From Pristiophorus japonicus (lineage: Eukaryota), in contig NC_091999.1 in assembly GCF_044704955.1 (NCBI RefSeq), positions 6,758,001-6,822,000 of the forward strand: a stretch of 64,000 nucleotides of DNA, given 5' to 3'. How positions within the stretch are numbered: position 1 is the stretch's first letter; each line of letters opens with the position of its first letter. Under the pieces are notes generated by a model, which saw only the letters and a list, made by a program, of their open reading frames with translations, was not told the origin of the DNA and did no database searches. Below are positions 1-12,514 of this stretch, piece after piece. Made by a program: the position numbers and the translations under genes.

Positions 1-909
1 AGATGATCACTTTTAACTGGTCTATGGCCTTTTCGATACTGGTTTAAGGGTCCGCCAATCCTTCCACAATTATTCTTAACTCACTTGGTGACCATGGTCG
101 ATAAATAGGGATCGGAGCCCCCTCAGGGAGTGGACTGGGAAAAAGTCTTACTGGGAATGCGGATGATGATGGCTCCAGGGCACTGGGCCCTGGTCCACGG
201 GTAAGACTTCGCGTGCCAACAAGGGCCGTCATGGTATTGATTCCCTTGTGACGGATTTACTTCTCCTGCAGCTGCACCTGCATCGTTGGGAGCGGGTGTT
301 ACCCCGTCTCCCTGTGCTCCGGCCCGAGGATCGTCTCCTCCCTGTTGGCCTGGAGCACCCCCCGGGGGTGGAACATACGGCGGTGGTCGATGGCTGTAGG
401 AAGTCCAATCATCATCCCATTCCTCATCCTCATCTTTTTCCCAACCCTTCGGGGCACTTGGTGAGTGTGCCTTTGTCTCTTTAGCAACCATAACAGAAGG
501 ATGTTTGCTATGTCGAGGGCGATTCACCCGCTCTACTCGTTCATCCACCTGCTTTCTCCCTCTAGTACACTGCTTGCTAACCCTTAGGCTCTTCTCCTGT
601 CGTTCCTCAGCTTCCCTTTTCCAATCTCCAAACGCCGACCAATTCACTTTCTTTTTAACCTCTTCTACCTGGGTCTCTGTCTGTAAGGCATTCTTCTCGA
701 CATGTTATTCTCTCTAAATTAAATGAACCATCGGGTGGAAATGGCCTGTTTTCACCCTTGGTCCACTTTACCCATTCTCTCAGGTGGTCAATTGAAGACT
801 GACCACAATTCTGGAGCATGACATAGGCTGGTGTGCCCTTTTGGTGGTGATTTACTTGCTCCGGCACCCATTCTGGATGATTAAGATTTTCCACAGTCTC
901 TGATCTCAC
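1..909 (-). pseudogene. gag: Endogenous retrovirus gag (matrix, p12-like late-domain region, start of capsid); frameshifted; continues off the window's left edge
   Basis: Matrix-like PFPPDGSFN (MLV matrix has W-P-x-D-G-T-F-N). PPPY late domain (HRPPPYVPPP). SSSAF|PVR resembles the MLV p12/CA site SQAF|PLR. Capsid-start-like YRPWSPSEL...LADP. Split over three ORFs, with an in-frame stop at 44-46 followed by TSIEKAIDQLKVII. Confidence 0.85.
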
Positions 910-1331
910 AATCCTTTCGGCCCACCGAGTTCTCTACGCCCACTTCTCCTGGCCGTCACGTGGCCTGAAAAGGCTCTTCATTCGGGCTCAGTCTGGGTGT
1001 GTGAGAGATGTGGGCACGAACCAACCGTAGTTGATCAATCAGTCACTGTTTCTTTTCTCAATCAATCCTTGTTTTTCCAAATCACAATTTTCCCTCGTGA
1101 CTCTTCCCGTTTCTCTAATTGCAATGTCGCACAAAGGTATTGCACACAACTGTATAACAAGGACAGCTAGGACAAACAACATTCACGCGAGTACACAAAT
1201 CATAACCTTACACTCTATCTAAACAAATAATCAATTCTCAGTCTGCGGTGTACGCCACTACAGACCGAGTCCTTAACTTATCCTAATAAACTTATAAAAC
1301 TTATAAAACTTATGGTCCCATTACCTGAACT

Positions 1332-1571
1332 CTTATCACATAAGAACCTTTGATCGATTAGTGCTTTTTTCCCCCTAATCTTATCACATAAGAACCTGTT
1401 CCCCTAATCTTATCACATAAGAACCTGTCCCCCTAATCTTATCACATAAGAACCTGTTCCCCTAATCTTATCACATAAGAACCTGTTCCCCTAATCTTAT
1501 CACATAAGAACCTGTTCCCCTAATCTTATCACATAAGAACCTGTTCCCCTAATCTTATCACATAAGAACCT
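1332..1571 (-). repeat. 29-bp tandem repeat (~7-8 units) in the ERV 5' leader
   Basis: Unit cctaatcttatcacataagaacctgttcc; each contains the inverted repeat TCTTAT-cac-ATAAGA. Confidence 0.9.
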
Positions 1572-1880
1572 TCGATCGACTAGCGTTGTTTCTACCTTAC
1601 CTACTGAAACCTTCCCCGGGCTGTTTCAAGATATTTCCAGAACCAGATCTCTTCTGCCTGCAAGCTGAGAAAGAAATGATCACAAAAAAATAACTTTAGC
1701 TTTTAAATGTCGAGTCTCGTAGATTGCAGTACCTCCCCCGTGGACAACAGATTACATCTGCGATTCAACAGTGAAGAAACCTCTTGTGAGCAAAAGGCTC
1801 ACCTTGTTTTGGCCACTGAAGCCTTTCACTGGAGAGGCACTATGCCTGTATCCGTTTTACTCACAGGGCAGAGAGTATGC

Positions 1881-1898
1881 ATCTCGGTGGGACCTCCA
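1881..1898 (-). promoter_or_regulatory. Retroviral primer-binding site complementary to tRNA-Gln
   Basis: Minus strand reads TGGAGGTCCCACCGAGAT, an 18-nt match to the vertebrate tRNA-Gln 3' end (ATCTCGGTGGGACCT-CCA), lying between the LTR and gag. Confidence 0.9.
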
Positions 1899-1901
1899 AG
1901 A

Positions 1902-2711
1902 AGTAACCGTCGAAATCTCGACCTCCGATAAACAACTCAGACACCTTCAGCTCCGGCAGAAGTTTCTTTAATTTACTTGCTCACAAGGGAAAGGTCACAC
2001 TCAGTCAATGGCTAAGTGAACACCTCCGGAATGGTACAGTTTCACGAGATATTTATACAGTAAAACCCAAGTTCTGGCCTCTCCCAGTGTATTGGCTCTG
2101 TCTCGCAGTCAGTGAATACGGATAACGAGTTAATTACTACATACTTGTCCTGACATGGTTTCCAGATATTTCCTTTTGTCAGGGTTATTGGTTGGCCATT
2201 ACTCGATGAGAGTGTGGTAATGAGCTATTACCGGCATTGCATTGTGTCAGGGTTGTCCAGTTTCCTGGTCAGTTGTCTTTTCGCATCAAATGGATGAGGT
2301 CTCTACAAGAGATAATGGCTGGTGGTTTGAGTACTTCGGAAAGGGTGGGGTGGAGTGGAACTGGTGTCGTATAGACAATAGGAGAGCACCATGGGGGTGG
2401 GGGGGGTACTTGTCTCAGCAGGACTTCCCTCCCAGCTGTCTGGTGGCTATCAGTCATTTCAAGCCAGGTTTAGTTGTTTATGCAAACCGACTGCTTGTTG
2501 CAGAAATTTCTGGAAGGACCAGGACTCCATTTTGTTTTATATGAAAAAGGGCACAAAAATACAGTGTGGTATCAGCTTAGATAAACATACATTTTCACAC
2601 ATAACACAACACAGGGTCAGACAACCCAAACATGCCAAGTTGGACAACAGAGGTCGGGGGTCACAGGCTATTGGCCAACCGAGCGAGATATGTGAGTGGG
2701 ATAGGGTCACA
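1902..2711 (-). mobile_element. ERV 5' LTR (~0.8 kb; upstream boundary approximate)
   Basis: Minus strand begins TGTGACC and ends GGTTAC(T) 3 nt before the PBS. CCAAT boxes, TATAAATA (~2052-2059) and ATTAAA (~1967-1972) are in the expected order. An alternative TGTGACC start lies near 2665. Confidence 0.65.
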
Positions 2712-2719
2712 GGGAACAG

Positions 2720-3135
2720 TGACCCCTCAAATAACACCACCCCCCTCACATAACCCCGCCCCCTCACACACTCTGCCCGCTCACATAACCCCTCCCCCTC
2801 ACATAACCCCTCACCCCACATAACCCCTCCCGCTCATATAACACTCCCCCTCACATAACCCCGCCCCCTCACATAACCCCGCCCCCTCACATAAACCCCC
2901 CCTCATGTAACCCCACCCCCTCACATAACCCTGCTCCCTCAAATAAACCCCACCCCCTCACACATCCCTCCCGCCCTCAAATAACCCCTCCCCTTCACAT
3001 AACCCCTCCCTTCACATAACCCCCTCACATAACCCCGTCCCCTCACATAAACCCCTCCCCCTCACATAACCCCTCCCCATCACACACCCCTCCCACCTCA
3101 CATAACCCGTCCCCCTCACATAACCCCTCCCCCTC
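2720..3135. repeat. C-rich minisatellite (~18-bp unit ccccctcacataacccc..)
   Basis: Visible tandem repetition. Confidence 0.9.
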
Positions 3136-3931
3136 ACCCCTGTTCCCTATCGGAGGGGATGAACCCTCTCACCCACCCACTCCCAGTTACAGACCCTGTT
3201 CCCTATCAGAGAGGATTAACCCTCTCACCCACCCACTCCCAGTTACAGACCCTGTTCCCTATCGGAGGGGATTAACCCTCTCACCCACCCCCTCCCAGTT
3301 ACAGACACTGTTCCCTATCAGAGCGAGATTAACCCTCTCACCCACCCCCTCCCAGTTACAGACACTGTTCCCTATCGGAGGGGATTAACCCTCTCACCCA
3401 CCCCCTCCCAGTTACAGACACTGTTCCCTATCGGAGCGAGATTAACCCTCTCACCCACCCCCTCCCAGTTACAAACTCTGTTCCCTATCGGAGGGGATTA
3501 ACCCTCTCACCCACCCCCTCCCAGTTACAGTCCCTGTTCCCTATCGGAGTGGGATTAACCCTCTCACCCACCCCCTCCCAGTTACAGTCCCTGTTCCCTA
3601 TCGGAGTGGGATTAACCCTCTCACCCACCCCCTCCCAGTTACAGACACTGTTCCCTATCGGAAAGGATTAACCCTCTCACCCACCCCCTCCCAGTTACAG
3701 ACACTGTTCCCTATCGGAGCGAGATTAACCCTCTCACCCACCCCCTCCCAGTTACAGACACTGTTCCCTATCGGAGCGAGATTAACCCTCTCACCCACCC
3801 CCTCCCAGTTACAGACCCTGTTCCCTATCGGAGCGGGATTAACCCTCTCACCCACCCCCTCCCAGTTACAGACACTGTTCCCTATCGGAGGGGGAGTAAC
3901 CCTCTCACCCACCCCCTCCCAGTTACAGACA
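3136..3931. repeat. ~59-bp minisatellite (~13 units)
   Basis: Unit ctgttccctatcggaggggattaaccctctcacccaccccctcccagttacagac. Confidence 0.95.
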
Positions 3932-4630
3932 CCGGGGTTCTCAGAGGAGTTTACCACCACGCTGGTTGGATTGACCTGGGAGAGTTTTGAAACGGTGTCA
4001 GACCCGGGACTCAGGAGGAGAGTTTGTGCGGAGACAGCATTGGAAAAGTGACATATTTTTCTAACCCCTGGCCATCAGCTTGCATCTCACATGATTGTTT
4101 CTGGTGCAGTTCAAGGTTAAACCTGTTTAATTTTAACAGAAGCGACCCGGTTCCAAATCTGTTATTGCTGATTAAACTCCGGTGATAAACAACGCCAGCA
4201 CTGTGACCCAGCTTATCGCCCAAACAGACCCAGCCCCCCGACCCCAGACCAGGACCCTCCTGCCCCTCTGTGTGCAGCTAGATTTCACCCCAGGGTCCCA
4301 GAGGGTCAAAGGTCGATCCCTGACCCCCTGACCCCCTCAATCCCTGACTCTCCATCCAGCATCTAAGTTCACCCACCCCTCCCCTCCTATTGCTCATTGT
4401 CCACTAGCCCGATACAAGACTCAATCAGGCGAAGTTTGAGGTAATGCATTTGGGGAGGGCTAACAAGGCGAGGGAATACACATTAAATGCTAGGACACTG
4501 AGAAGTGTAGAGGAACAGAGGGACCTTGGAGTGCAGGTCCACACATCCCTGAAGGTAACAGGTCAGGTCGATAAGGTGGCTAAGAAGGCATACAGAATGC
4601 TTGTCTTTTTTCGTCGAGGCATAGAATACA

Positions 4631-5204
4631 AGAAATACCACCAACGCTGTCTCCGCAAGATCCTACAAATCCCCCGGGAGGTCAGATGCACCAACGTTAG
4701 CGTCCTCGACCAGGCCCAACATCCCCAGCATCGAAGCACTGACCACACACTCGACCAGCTCCGCTGGGCAGGGCCACATTGTCCGCATGGCCCCGACACG
4801 AGACTCCCAAAGCGAGCGCTCTACTCGGAACTCCTTCACGGCAAACGAGCCAAAGGTGGGCAGAGGAAACGTTGCAAGGACACCCTCAAAGCCTACCTGA
4901 TAAAATGCAACATCCCCACCGACACCTGGGAGTCCCTGGCCAAAGACCGCCCTAAGTGGAGGAAGTGCATCCAGGAGGGCGCTGAGCACCTCGAGTCTCG
5001 TCGCCGAGAGCGTGCAGAAAGCGAGCGCAGGCAGCGGAAGGAGCGTGCGGCAAACCAGTCCCACCCTCCCCTTCCCTCAACCACTGTCTGTCCCACCTGT
5101 GACAGGGACTGTGGTTCCCGTATTGGACTGTTCAGCCACCTAAGGACTCATTTTTAGAGTGGAAGCAAGTCTTCTTCGATTCCGAGGGACTGCCCATGAC
5201 GATG
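4631..5204 (+). mobile_element. RTE-clade LINE 3' fragment with TSD
   Basis: HQRCLRKILQI...QLRWAGH motifs, terminal C2H2 finger CPTC..HLRTH, (GAT)n-like tail. TSD agaatacaaga at 4623-4633 and 5205-5215. Confidence 0.9.
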
Positions 5205-5854
5205 AGAATACAAGAGCAGGGAGGGTTATGCTTGAACTGTATAAAACACTGGTTAGGCCACAGCTGGAGTACTGCGTGCACAGTTCTGGTCACCACATTA
5301 CAGGAAGGATGTGATTGCACTGGAGAGGGTACAGAGGAGATTTACCAGGATGTTGCACTGGAGAGGGGTACAGAGGAGATTTACCAGGATGTTGCACTGG
5401 AGAGGGTACAGAGGAGATTTACCAGGATGTTGCACTGGAGAGGGTGCAGAGGAGATTTACCAGGATGTTGCACTGGAGAGGGTACAGAGGAGATTTACCA
5501 GGATGTTGCCGGGACTGGAGAATTTTAGCGATGAGGAAAGATTGGATAGGCTGGGATTGTTTTCTTTGGAGCAGAGGAGGCTGAGGGGAGACCTGATTGA
5601 GGTGTATAAAATGATGAGGGGCCTGGATCGAGTGGATAGGAAGGACCTGTTTCCCTGGGCAGAGGGGTCAACAACCAGGTGGCCTGGATTGAAAGTAATT
5701 GGGGGGGGAGGTTTAGAGGGGATTTGAGGGGAAATGACTTCACCCAGAGGGTGTTGGGGGTCTGGGGTGGAACTCACGGCCTGAAAGGGGGGTAGAGGCA
5801 GAAACCCTCACCACATTTAAAAAGTACTTGGATGTGCACCTGAAGTGCTGTAAC

Positions 5855-8800
5855 TGTTGTGTATCTGTAAAGCATGCACTCCCATGTTCCGCCACCAGGG
5901 GACTCATTGCCGAGCTAAGGCGACTTGCAGGACAATGTGAGTTTGATGGCTACCTGGAGCAAATGCTCAGAGACTTTTGTACTGGGCATTGGCCATGAGA
6001 CCATCCTACGAAAACCTTTGACTGTAGAGACACCGACCCTCAGTAAGGCCATTGCGATAGCACAGGCGTTTAGGTCTACCAGTGATAACACCAAACAAAT
6101 CTCTCAGCACACAAGTGCTAGCAATGTTCATAAATTAACTGGAACTGTGTTTGCGAGCAGAAATGTACAGGGCAGAACCCACGACTCTGCAACTGCCAGC
6201 AGGCCTCAGGTGACCCAGATGACTCAGAGTCCCCAACAAAGGATGAATGCAAGGCAATTCACACCTTGTTGGCGTTGTGGAGGCTTCCATTCAGCCTATT
6301 CATGCTGCTCCAAAGGGTATGTTTGCAAGGGCTGTGGAACAATGGGGCACCTCCAACGAGCTTGCAGACGAGCTGCAAGCTCTGCAAAACCTGCTAACCA
6401 CCATGTGGCAGAGGAAGATTGGTCCATGGTGGATCAAAGCAATTTCGAGCCTTAGGGAGAGAGGAGGCAGATGCTGAAGTACACTGGGAGCACACATTTT
6501 CGACTAAATGTCCACCTATAATGCCAAACGTAAAATTGAATGCCTTACCCGTAGCCATGGAACTGGACACTGGCGCTAGCCAATCCATCATGAGTAAAAA
6601 GATGTTTGAGAGACTGTGGTGCAAAAAGGCATTCAGACCAGCCCTGAGCCCCATCCACATGAAACTGAGAATGTACACCAAAGAGCTCATCACTGTCCTG
6701 GGCAGCGCCTTGGTCAAGGTCACCTACGAGGGCACGGTGCACGAACTGCCACTCTGGATTGTCCCGGGCAATGGCCCCACACTGCTTCGAAGGAGCTGGC
6801 TGGGAAAAATCCGCTGGAACTGGGATGACATCCGAGCGCTATCACATGTCGATGAGGCCTCCTGTACCCAGGTTCTCAACAAATTTCCTTCCCTTTTTGA
6901 GCCAGGCATTGGAAACTTTTCCAGGGCGAAGGTGCGGATCCACTTAGTCCCAGAGGCACAACCCATTCACCACAAGGCGCGAGCGGTACCTCACATGATG
7001 AGGGAGAGAGTGGAAATCGAGCTGGACAGGCTGCAACGCGAGGGCATCATCTCCCCAGTGGAATTCAGCGAGTGGGCCAGCCCGATTGTTCCAGTACTCA
7101 AAAGTGATGGCACGGTCAGGATTTGCGGCGATTATAAAGTAAAGTTTCTCGCTACAGGACCAATACCCACTACCTAAGACAGACGACCTATTTGCGACGC
7201 TGGCAGGAGGCAAGATGTTCACCAAGCTCGACCTGACTTCGGCCTACATGACGCAGGAGTTGGAGGAGTCTTCGAAGGGCCTCACCTGCATCAACACGCA
7301 CAAGGGACTGTTCATCTACAACAGATGCCCGTTTGGAATTCGGTCGGCTGCATTGATCTTCCAGAGAAACATGGAGAGCCTACTCAAGTCGGTACCACAC
7401 ACGGTGGTCTTTCAGGACGACATATTGGTCACAGGTCGGGACACCGCCGAGCACCTACAAAACCTGGAGGAGGTCCTCCAGCGACTGGATCGCGTAGAGC
7501 TGCAGCTGAAGAGGTCGAAATGCATCTTCATGGCTACAGAAGAGTTTTTGGGGAGAAAGGTCGCGGCGGATGGCATTCGGCCCACAGTCGCCAAGACAGA
7601 GGCTATCAGGAACGCGCCCAGGCCACAGAACGTCACGGAGCTGTGGTCGTTTCTGGGACTCCTCAACTATTTTGGTAACTTGCTACCGGGGTTAAGCACC
7701 CTCTTAGAGCCCCTACATGTGTTATTGTGTAAAGGTGAGAACTGGGTATGGGGAAAAAAACAAGTAATTGTTTTTGAGAAAGCCAGAAACATTTTATGCT
7801 CCAACAAGCTGCTTGTATTGTGTAACCCGTGTAATAGACTTGTGCTCGCATGTGACATGTCGTTGTACGGAGTCGGGTGTGTATTACAACAAGCTAACGT
7901 TGCGAGGAAGTTGCAACCTGTTGCCTATGCCTCCAGGAGCTTGTCTAAGGCCGAGAGGGCCTACAGCATGATTGAGAAAGAGGCATTAGTGTGTGTGTTC
8001 TGGGTAAAGCAAATGCATCAGTACCTGTTTGGCCTCAAATTTGAGCTGGAAACCGATCACAAGCCCCTCATATTCCAGTTCACTGAAAACAAGGGGATAA
8101 ATACTAATGCCTCAGCTCGCATACAAAGGTGGGCACTCGCGCTATCAGCGTATAACTATACCATCCGCCACAGGCCAGGCACCGAGAACTGTGCGGATGC
8201 TCTCAGTCGGCTACCATTGCCCACCACGGGGGTGGAAATGGCGCAGCCTGCAAACTTGTTGATGGTGGCGTAGCCCGCAGACATGTTAATGGTCATGGAA
8301 GCGTTTGAAAATGATAAATCACCTGTCACGGCCCGCCAGATTAGGACTTGGACCAGCCAAGATCCTCTGGTGTCCCTAGTAAAAAACTGTGTAATGCATG
8401 GGAGCTGGGCCAGCATCCCCGTTGAAATGCAAGAGCCAATCAAGCCGTTCCAGCAATGAAAGGACGAGCTGTCCATTCAGGCAGACTGCCTGTTGTGGGG
8501 TAACCGCGTAGTGCTACCCAAAAAAGGGCAGGGAGACATTCATCTCGGATCTCCACAGCACACACCCGGGTATAGTAATGATGAAAGCGATAGTCAGATC
8601 CCACGTATGGTGGCCCGGTATCGACTCTGACTTAGAGTCCTGTGTACTGCAATGCAGCGTATGTGCTCAGTTGAACAACACGCCCAGAGAGGCACCACTA
8701 AGTTTGTGGTCCTGGCCCTCCAGACCATGGTTGAGGATCCATGTCGACTATGCGGGCTCGTTTCTCCGTAAAATGTTCCTGGTGGTGGTGGATGCTTTTT

Positions 8801-9941
8801 CAAAATGGATTGAATGTGAAATAATGTCGGGAAGCACCGCCACCGCCACCATTGAAAGCCTGAGGGCCATGTTTGCCACCCACGGCCTGCCTGACACACT
8901 GGTCAATGACAACGGGCCATGTTTCACCAGTGCCGAATTTAAAGAATTCATGACCCGCAATGGGATCAAACATGTCACCTCGGCCCCGTTTAAACCAGCC
9001 TCCAATGGGCAGGCAGAGTGGGCAGTACAAACCATCAAACAGAGCCTTAAACGAGACACAGAAGGCTCACTCCAAACCCGCCTGTCCCGAGTACTGCTCA
9101 GCTATCGCACGAGACCCCACTCGCTCACAGGGGTGCCCCCGGCTGAGCTACTCATGAAAAGGAGACTTAAAACCAGAATCTCGCTGGTTCACCCCAACCT
9201 GCATGATCAGGTAGAGAGCAGGCGGCAGCAACAAAATGTAAACGATGGTCGCGCCACTGTGTCATGGGAAATTGATCTGAATGACCCTGTGTATGTGCTA
9301 AACTATGGACATGGTCCCAAGTGGATCGCGGGCACGGTGATAGCTAAAGAAGGGAGTAGGGTGTTTGTAGTCAAACTAGACAATGGACAAATTTGCAGAA
9401 AGCACCTGGACCAAACGAGGCTGCGGTTCACAGACTGCCGTGAACAACCCACAGCAGACACCACCTTTTTCGAGCCCACAACACACACCCAAAGGATCAA
9501 CGACACCACGCCGGACCAGGAAATCGAACCCATCACGCCCAACAGCCCAGCAAGGCCAGGCTCACCCAGCAGCCCTGCAGGGCCAACAACACGCCAGCCC
9601 AGCGAGGGCACAGCCAACACACCAGAACAGACATTTGTACCGAGGCGGTCCACCAGGGAAAGAAAGGCTCCCGACCGCCTCACCTTGTAAATAGTTTTCA
9701 CTTTGACTTTGGGGGGAGGGGGGGAGTGATGTTGTGTATCTGTAAAGCATGCACTCCCATATTCCACCACCAGGGAGCGCACCCCCTGAAGTCCCAAGGG
9801 ATTCCCAGCATCCCTTGGGAGCACGGTATATAAGTCGGCCCCTAAGGCCTGTTCCTCACTCTGGAGTGTCTTATTAAAGACTGAGGTCACTGTTACTTTC
9901 ACCTCCCTGTGTGCAGCCTCATCTGTGTCCGGAACACAGCA
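5855..9941 (+). mobile_element. Ty3/Gypsy (Mag-like) LTR retrotransposon, decayed; 5' LTR truncated to ~46 bp; 3' LTR 9730-9941
   Basis: Two gag zinc knuckles, PR (MELDTGA), RT (VFQDDIL), RNase H and integrase (HHCC, DDE) in Gypsy order. PPT before 9730. TG...CA ends. TSD GTAAC at 5850-5854 and 9942-9946. Several stops and frameshifts. Confidence 0.95.
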
Positions 9942-10119
9942 GTAACCTTCAGGGATACAGACTGAGAGCTGGAAAGTGGGATTAGGCTGGGTAGCTCTTG
10001 GTCGGCCGGCGCGGACACGATGGGCCGAAATGGCCTCCTTCTCTGATTCGCTGAAAACTCCTGAAACAAACGCTCTACTCTGAGCTCTGTCACGGCAAGC
10101 GGGTTCCAGGAGGGCAGGG

Positions 10120-10915
10120 AAAACGTAAGAACACAAGAAGTAGGAGCAGGAGTCGGCCATTCGGCCCCTCGAGCCTGCTCCGCCATTTAATCCGATCACG
10201 GACTCAGCTCCACTTCCCCCCCCGCCCGCTCCCCCTAATCCTTCACTCCCTTATCGCTCAAAAATCTGTCTATCGCTGCCTTCAATATATACAATGACCC
10301 AGCTTCAAGGACACCTTCAAAGCCTCCTTGGGAAAATGCAACATCGCCCACCAACGCCCGGGAATCCCTGGCGCAAAACAGCTCAAAGTGGAGGAGCATC
10401 CGGGAAGGTGGCTCGCGTCTCTTTGCCGGGAGCGTGCGGCACACCAGATTCCCCACCCACCCATTCCTCCAACCACCGTCTGCCGCACATGTGGCTGAGA
10501 CTATCCATCCCGCATTGGACTCATCAGTCACCCGAGAACCCGTGTTAGTGTGGGAGCAAGTCTTCCTTGACCCCCAGGGGACTATCGATGAAGAAGAATT
10601 TCTCATCCACATGTTGCCCCTCGGCGACATCATCCGAATACACGGAGTCAGTTTCCACGCGTACGCTGGTGACACCCAGCTCCACCTCACCGCCACTTCT
10701 CTCAACCCCTCCACCGTCCCTAAATTGTCAGACTGCTTGTCCGACATCCAGTTCTGGAAGAGCAGGAACTTGCTCCAATTAGATGTCGGGAAAGACCGAA
10801 GCCATTGTTCTCGGTCCCCGCCACAAACTGCCTTCCCCAGCGCCCCCGACTCCCCCCCTCTCCCCAAGTCCACTCTGAGGCTGAACCAGACTGTTCGCCA
10901 CCTCGGTGCCAAAGA
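10120..10915. mobile_element. Mosaic of CR1 3' end (-), diverged RTE 3' end (+) and L2 RT fragment (+)
   Basis: L2-type H-A-Y-A-G-D-T-Q-L and LSDCLSDI motifs; RTE and CR1 tails match other copies in the window. Confidence 0.7.
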
Positions 10916-11068
10916 ACCATCGAACGGTTGCAGCAAGCTCGGAGGCCATTCGGCCCATCGAGGCCCGTGCCGGCTCGCTGCAGGAGCACCTCAGCCAGTC
11001 CCACTCCCCTCGCCCTTTCCCCGTGGTCCTGCACATTTTTTTTTCCTTCGGGTTCTTATCCATCCTCC

Positions 11069-12495
11069 CATCATCATAGGCGGTCCCTCGAAGCGAGGGC
11101 GACTTGCTTCCACGCCAACAAAAAGGACGAGTTGACAGGTGATTCAACAAAGGACCCGAACTACATCCTGAAGGGTGGGCGATGCCTGTGGGTGGGTTTG
11201 TTTAACGTGGGGTGGCCGTTGTACACCAGACACCACACGGGGCTCGACAGAGCGAGGTCTTGGTCCAGGGGCAAGGGTTAACCAGGATGACCGGAGACCA
11301 GCTCTGCTGCACGGACCCAGTGTGTACACATATCGCACAGTGGGGGCTGGGCCCCGTGCTGCCCCTGGGCCCCTGGAACTCACGCCTCTCCTGGGCCCCG
11401 ATCACGTCCCTCTACAATCTCTCGCCGCTCCTTCGCCCCCCCCCCGCAACCTCGCCCCGACCTCGCTGCTCCCTCGCCCTGATCTCGCTGCTCCCTCGCC
11501 CCTACCTCCCTGCTCCCTCGCCCCGACCTCGCCGCTCCCTCGCCCCGACCTCGCCGCTCCCTCGCCCCTACCTCGCTGCTCCCTCGCCCCTACCTCGCCG
11601 CTCCCTCGCCCCGACCTCGCTGCTCCCTCGCCCTGACGTCGCCGCTCCCTCGCCCCGACCTCGCCGCTCCCTCGCCCCGACCTCGCCGCTCCCTCGCCCC
11701 GACCTCGCTGCTCCCTCGCCCCTACCTCGCTGCTCCCTCGCCCCGACCTCGCTGCTCCCTCGCCCCGACCTCGCCGCTCCCTCGCCCCGACCTCGCTGCT
11801 CCCTCGCCCTGACCTCGCCGCTCCCTCGCCCCGACCTCGCCGCTCCCTCGCCCCTACCTCGCCGCTCCCTCGCCCCTACCTCGCTGCTCTCTCGCCCCGA
11901 CCTCACTGCTCCCTCGCCCCGACCTCCCTGCTCCCTCGCCCCGACCTCACTGCTCCCTCGCCCCGACCTCGCTGCTCCCTCGCCCCGACCTCACTGCTCC
12001 CTCGCCCCGACCTCACTGCTCCCTCGCCCCGATCTCGCTGCTCCCTCGCCCCGACCTCACTGCTCCCTCGCCCCGACCTCGCTGCTCCCTCGCCCCGACC
12101 TCACTGCTCCCTCGCCCCGACCTCACTGCTCCCTCGCCCCGATCTCGCTGCTCCCTCGCCCCGACCTCACTGCTCCCTCGCCCCGACCTCGCCGCTCTCT
12201 CGCCCCGACCTCGCCGCTCCCTCGCCCCGACCTCCCTGCTCCCTCGCCCCGACCTCACCGCTCCCTCGCCCTGACCTCGCCGCTCCCTCGCCCTGACCTC
12301 GCCGCTCCTGCTGTACCTGCCCACGCTCCAATCACCGAGCTGGACCTTGATGATGTCCCTCTTCGCTGCCGTCGCCCTCCTGCACCAGCTCGCGCTGTAC
12401 CGTGCCGTGGTACACCTCCACACTGCCCCATGGCCGCTGCTCGCCGCGCCTTTTATGGCCCCGGCCTGCCGCTGATGTTCTCTCGCAGGTTGGGA
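11069..12495 (-). mobile_element. Non-autonomous RTE-tailed element (SINE-like) with an internal 22-bp minisatellite (~11445-12310)
   Basis: Shares the RTE terminal ~45 nt and (GAT)n tail but has a different body. Related copies at ~17612-18225, ~20640-20915 and ~22438-22710 + 26775-26950. Confidence 0.7.
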
Positions 12496-12514
12496 CCTCC
12501 ATGCTGCCCAGCTA

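Larger units (their letters stand above)
4430..10045 (+). mobile_element. CR1-clade LINE 3' fragment (pieces 4430-4633, 5205-5854, 9942-10045), interrupted by an RTE and a Gypsy element
   Basis: CR1 RT C-terminal motifs (QRDLGV, LERVQRRFTRM, LEQRRLRGDLIEVYK). The sequence resumes colinearly after each insertion. Internal 38-bp unit repeated 5x at ~5315-5510. Confidence 0.9.

Noticed and set aside
1332-1571. CRISPR-like palindromic 29-bp repeats (and other regular arrays)
   Set aside because: Units abut with no unique spacers, there are no cas genes, and the context is a vertebrate genome.
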